From: Candidatus Iainarchaeum sp.
GTDB taxonomy: Archaea > Iainarchaeota > Iainarchaeia > Iainarchaeales > JAZDFD01
Assembly (NCBI GenBank): GCA_043808155.1
Contig: JAZDFD010000021.1
Coordinates: 1-18,694, forward strand
Length of the DNA stretch: 18,694 nt
Reading direction: 5' to 3'
In this document: in pieces, positions 15,642-18,694 of the stretch
Position numbering within the stretch: position 1 is the first letter of the stretch
Layout of the letters: each line of letters begins with the position of its first letter
The notes under the pieces: model-generated
Seen by the model: the letters and a program-made list of their open reading frames with translations, nothing else
The model's database searches: none
Told to the model about the DNA's origin: nothing
Translations under genes and position numbers: made by a program

Positions 15642-15666
15642 AAATAAAAAAAGAAAAAGGAAAAAA
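15642..15666 (-). terminator. Oligo-T archaeal-type terminator of the SPFH gene
   Basis: Minus strand reads TTTTTTCCTTTTTCTTTTTTTATTT directly after the stop codon. Confidence 0.6.
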
Positions 15667-15670
15667 GAGC

Positions 15671-16450
15671 CTATTTGCTCTTTTTATATCCTGTAAGTGC
15701 ACTTAGAATTTCTAATGGTACTGCAAACACAACTGTGTTTGACTGATCTGAACTCATATCATTCAAAGTCTGCAAAGTTCTAAGGTGCATTGCACCAGGT
15801 GCTGCTGAAAGTGTTCTTGCTGCTTTTGCAAGATTGTTTGATGCAGTAACTTCACCTTCTGCTTTAATGATTGTTGCACGCTTTTCACGTTCAGCTTCTG
15901 CCTGTTTTGCCATTGTTCTTTTCAGATTTTCCGGAAGTTCAACATCCTGCATTTTGATTGCAGTCACATCAATTCCCCACGGGTCTGTTTCAATGTCAAC
16001 AACTTGCTCAATCTGCTGTGCTAACTGATCTCTTTTTGTGAGAACTTCGTCCAGTGATCTTTCACCAATAACATCTCTTAATGCAGTCTGTGCATACTGT
16101 GCAACTGCAAACATGTAATCCTGAATGTCAAGAACTGCTTTCTTCGGATCTGCGATTTTGAAGTAAACAACTGCGTTAACTCTTACTGGTACATTGTCTG
16201 CAGTCATAACTTCCTGCTTTGGAATATCGACTGTCTTGATTCTGATGTCAACTTTTCTGTATGTTTGGACGAATGGAATTATAAGATTCACACCCGGATT
16301 CATAATTTTTGAATATTTTCCCAATGTGAAAAGCACTCCCCGTTCATATTCAAATATAATTCTAATGAACATCATTAGTATTACGAAAAGAACAATCAGA
16401 AGCCAGAAACCGCCAAAAATTCCAAAGATTAATGTTTCCAATAGTGCCAT
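15671..16450 (-). CDS. SPFH/Band 7 stomatin-like (slipin) membrane protein
   Basis: N-terminal TM segment, EYERGVLFTLG, DIPKQEVMTADNVPVRVNAVVYF, AQTALRDVIG, AKQAEAEREKRATIIKAEGE and LRTLQTL. Confidence 0.95.
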   Translation of the reverse strand: MALLETLIFGIFGGFWLLIVLFVILMMFIRIIFEYERGVLFTLGKYSKIMNPGVNLIIPFVQTYRKVDIRIKTVDIPKQEVMTADNVPVRVNAVVYFKIADPKKAVLDIQDYMFAVAQYAQTALRDVIGERSLDEVLTKRDQLAQQIEQVVDIETDPWGIDVTAIKMQDVELPENLKRTMAKQAEAEREKRATIIKAEGEVTASNNLAKAARTLSAAPGAMHLRTLQTLNDMSSDQSNTVVFAVPLEILSALTGYKKSK

Positions 16451-16456
16451 TTTCTA

Positions 16457-16467
16457 ATCAACCCCCC
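16457..16467 (-). promoter_or_regulatory. Shine-Dalgarno-like site for the SPFH gene
   Basis: GGGGGGTTGAT ends 6 nt before the ATG and resembles the GGAGGTGAT consensus. Confidence 0.55.
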
Positions 16468-16525
16468 TTTAAGTGATTATATTTCTCTTATTAATAGGAA
16501 TAACCCTCCTTTAAATAGTTTCTTT

Positions 16526-18694
16526 TTACTTCAAATTCACAATTGCACGCGCAATAGTGTCACGTGTAGAATAATAATTAGATGGATTTGTGTCAAATTC
16601 ATACCAGCAATCATTTTTAAGAAGACCCATTGCATTATCCATCGCAAGTTTACCTGTGCCTGCAATATCTTTTCCCGCATCTATTTTTTTCTGCAGAAGA
16701 TTAAAATATTCATAATCTTCTGTGCCTTCGCGCAGCAATTCCCATCTGATGCTTGGAATTATGGTTGTATCATCTCTAATTTCTTTACAAGATCCTGTTG
16801 CACTTTCCTTGCATGGAGGGTAAAAAAACGCTCCTGTTCCCTGCTCTAAAGGAATGCCTCCGCATACATGAGTGGGGTTTTTCCAGGGATTATTTTGGCA
16901 CTCATAAGCATTAACAGAATAGTAAACTATTCCAGTTCCTCCAAATTTCCATGTAAGCCAGGGCCAGATTCTGTTTGCAACTCCTTCTTTTCCCTCAAGT
17001 GAATACCATGAATATAGCTCTTCCTTGAACATAATACGCCTGGTTATTACTGAAAATGTAGCAACATCATAGGTCCAAAGTGTTTCATTCGAAGGTCTCT
17101 CTTTAAACAGTTGTTTGGTTTCTGAATTTAAGGTGCTGATAACAGGTATCCAGATATCAACAAGTTTTTTTTGGTTATTCAAAGTAAACATTTGTTCAAA
17201 AAAATCTGCTGTTTTATCATCATACAAGTTTGAGGACGGGCATGTAATGCTGGCCCAGCCCCAGGTACCTGGAATTAGTGTAATTGCTGTGGGAAGATCT
17301 GGTGCAACACTTGCATCTTTTATCCATTCCGCGTATTTTTTAATATTGTTTATTTCGTTTGCATGTGGTTCATCCCATAAATAATGAACTGCTTTATTAG
17401 ACCAGCCTTTATTTTTCAGGTAATTCCACACCTGCGTAAAGAAAAACTTGAAACTTGATTCTTCTTCTGAGGTGCCATATTTTGGGAAATAAGTTTTGTC
17501 ATCTACTTTATCCGTAGTAAAAATAAACGTGTTAAATTTTGCAAGGTTTTGCTGTGCTGCATTCTCAAAATAATTGTAATTTATGCTGTTTGGGTTTGTT
17601 TTACCATTATAAATTATATTTAAGTACTGGAAATAAGTGTTCCTATTTGTAATCATTGGTGAAAATGCACCAGCATAAAGGAATGGGTTCAGGCGGTTTC
17701 TTTTGAATAATTCGTAATATTTTTTTACCATTTTGTTGTAAGTATCTGCATAAGTGTCAGTGAATGAGGGGGATTTGAAATGATATCTGACTGAACCAAA
17801 ACCAAAAAGGCTTCTAAGTGCAAACTCATCTGGAAGTTCAAAATCATAAACTTCAAGTGTAACTTTTTTTGTAATAATTTCTCCCGAGTCAAACTTAATT
17901 TCAATCATTACCGCATAAGTGCCTGCAGGTGCATTTTTTGGGACATAGATAGTAAACCAGATTGGCTGGTTTTTATTTCCTTTCAATTGAATCTGGCTCT
18001 TACCAAGTGTAATTGGAACTAGTGGGTCAGGCATTAGTTTTTCACTGCTGTAAATTAGTTCAGTCTGGTCAATTCCCCAGTTTGGTACATAACCCGTATC
18101 CACATACTCTTCTTTATAAGCGTCTATAATGCCTGAAAAATTTGAAACACTAACCGTGAAATTTTTTGAAGTTGCAATTTTAGACGAAACAATAATCTGG
18201 AATGATTCATATTCGTTTTTCGCAGCGCTTATTTTTGCGATATTTGCCTTTTCAACAGCCTGTGTTTTAAGTATCTTTTTCATGGCATTTGAAAACCATA
18301 TTACTGCTAAATTATTTTCCGGGTTTTCCGTGCATCCTTCATCTATAGTGCTGTCACAATCATTATCTTTTCCGTCATCACATATCTCTACAACAGACTC
18401 AATTCCCCCAACACATACACCCCATATCCCTTTGTTGCAGGTGCTTATGCCGTATTTGCATATTCCGACATTAGAACCGCATTGTTTTGTAAGCGTCTCA
18501 TCAGTTTTCCCGTCACAATCATTATCCAAATTATCACAAATTTCTGTTGCTGGATTTATGCCCCCAATGCAACTGCCCCACATCCCTTTGTTGCAGGTGC
18601 TTATGCCGTATTTGCATATTCCGACATTAGAACCGCATTGTTTTGTAAGCTCATCATCAGTTTTACCATCGCAGTCATTGTCTTTATTATCACA
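16526..18694 (-). CDS. Probable extracellular protein: Cys/Asp-rich putative metal-binding repeats + DUF4091/GH123-like glycoside hydrolase domain; 5'-truncated by window edge
   Basis: The frame stays open past the ORF-track start to base 18694 (CDNKDNDCDGKTDDELTKQCGSNVGICKYGISTCNKGMWG). Repeats EICDxxDNDCDGxxDE are PF11617-like. AAKNEYESFQI, NQPIWFTIYVPKNAPAGTY, YLWDEP and SIRWELLREGTEDYEY are typical of GH123/DUF4091 proteins. Confidence 0.85.
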   Translation of the reverse strand, partial: CDNKDNDCDGKTDDELTKQCGSNVGICKYGISTCNKGMWGSCIGGINPATEICDNLDNDCDGKTDETLTKQCGSNVGICKYGISTCNKGIWGVCVGGIESVVEICDDGKDNDCDSTIDEGCTENPENNLAVIWFSNAMKKILKTQAVEKANIAKISAAKNEYESFQIIVSSKIATSKNFTVSVSNFSGIIDAYKEEYVDTGYVPNWGIDQTELIYSSEKLMPDPLVPITLGKSQIQLKGNKNQPIWFTIYVPKNAPAGTYAVMIEIKFDSGEIITKKVTLEVYDFELPDEFALRSLFGFGSVRYHFKSPSFTDTYADTYNKMVKKYYELFKRNRLNPFLYAGAFSPMITNRNTYFQYLNIIYNGKTNPNSINYNYFENAAQQNLAKFNTFIFTTDKVDDKTYFPKYGTSEEESSFKFFFTQVWNYLKNKGWSNKAVHYLWDEPHANEINNIKKYAEWIKDASVAPDLPTAITLIPGTWGWASITCPSSNLYDDKTADFFEQMFTLNNQKKLVDIWIPVISTLNSETKQLFKERPSNETLWTYDVATFSVITRRIMFKEELYSWYSLEGKEGVANRIWPWLTWKFGGTGIVYYSVNAYECQNNPWKNPTHVCGGIPLEQGTGAFFYPPCKESATGSCKEIRDDTTIIPSIRWELLREGTEDYEYFNLLQKKIDAGKDIAGTGKLAMDNAMGLLKNDCWYEFDTNPSNYYSTRDTIARAIVNLK
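18426..18650. repeat. Intragenic tandem repeat, 156 bp (52 aa) period, with an identical 69 bp core
   Basis: 18426-18494 is identical to 18582-18650 (encodes LTKQCGSNVGICKYGISTCNKG). Confidence 0.95.

Noticed and set aside
13229-17384. Antisense ORFs within guaA, the hypothetical gene, SPFH and GH genes, and a 30-codon minus-strand ORF (MLKKGKPGICKQ...) near 15506-15598
   Set aside because: They overlap well-supported genes on the opposite strand or are too short, with no RBS or homology support.
18581-18583. ATG at 18583 as the start of the GH123-like gene
   Set aside because: It is an internal Met inside a repeat unit; the frame stays open to the window end.

Overview
AT-rich prokaryotic window that looks archaeal. 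TATA-like boxes lie about 23-30 nt upstream of start codons, GTGAT/GGGGTTGAT-type ribosome-binding motifs occur, and there are T-rich terminators; a DPANN-type lineage is a guess. The left 12 kb is a tightly packed minus-strand operon of five predicted lipoproteins sharing one N-terminal signal/lipobox cassette (MxxKKLVFGILLLxIxxxVFISGCVQ). Four are tandem transglutaminase-like (Cys-His-Asp) paralogues: mosaic, with indel hot spots, and two lack the catalytic Asp. The fifth is a >1220 aa Asp-box/BNR beta-propeller protein that is missing from the ORF track because it runs off the left edge. Next come an AbrB/MazE-PemK/MazF toxin-antitoxin pair with a clear operator and a fused, long-form GMP synthase (guaA) that appears to share a bidirectional TATA box with a divergent coiled-coil hypothetical gene. 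The window ends with a stomatin/SPFH gene and a 5'-truncated protein with Cys/Asp-rich repeats plus a DUF4091/GH123-like glycoside hydrolase domain. The most interesting candidate system is the diversifying array of surface transglutaminase-like enzymes or pseudo-enzymes. All domain calls are by motif recognition only; no searches were run.
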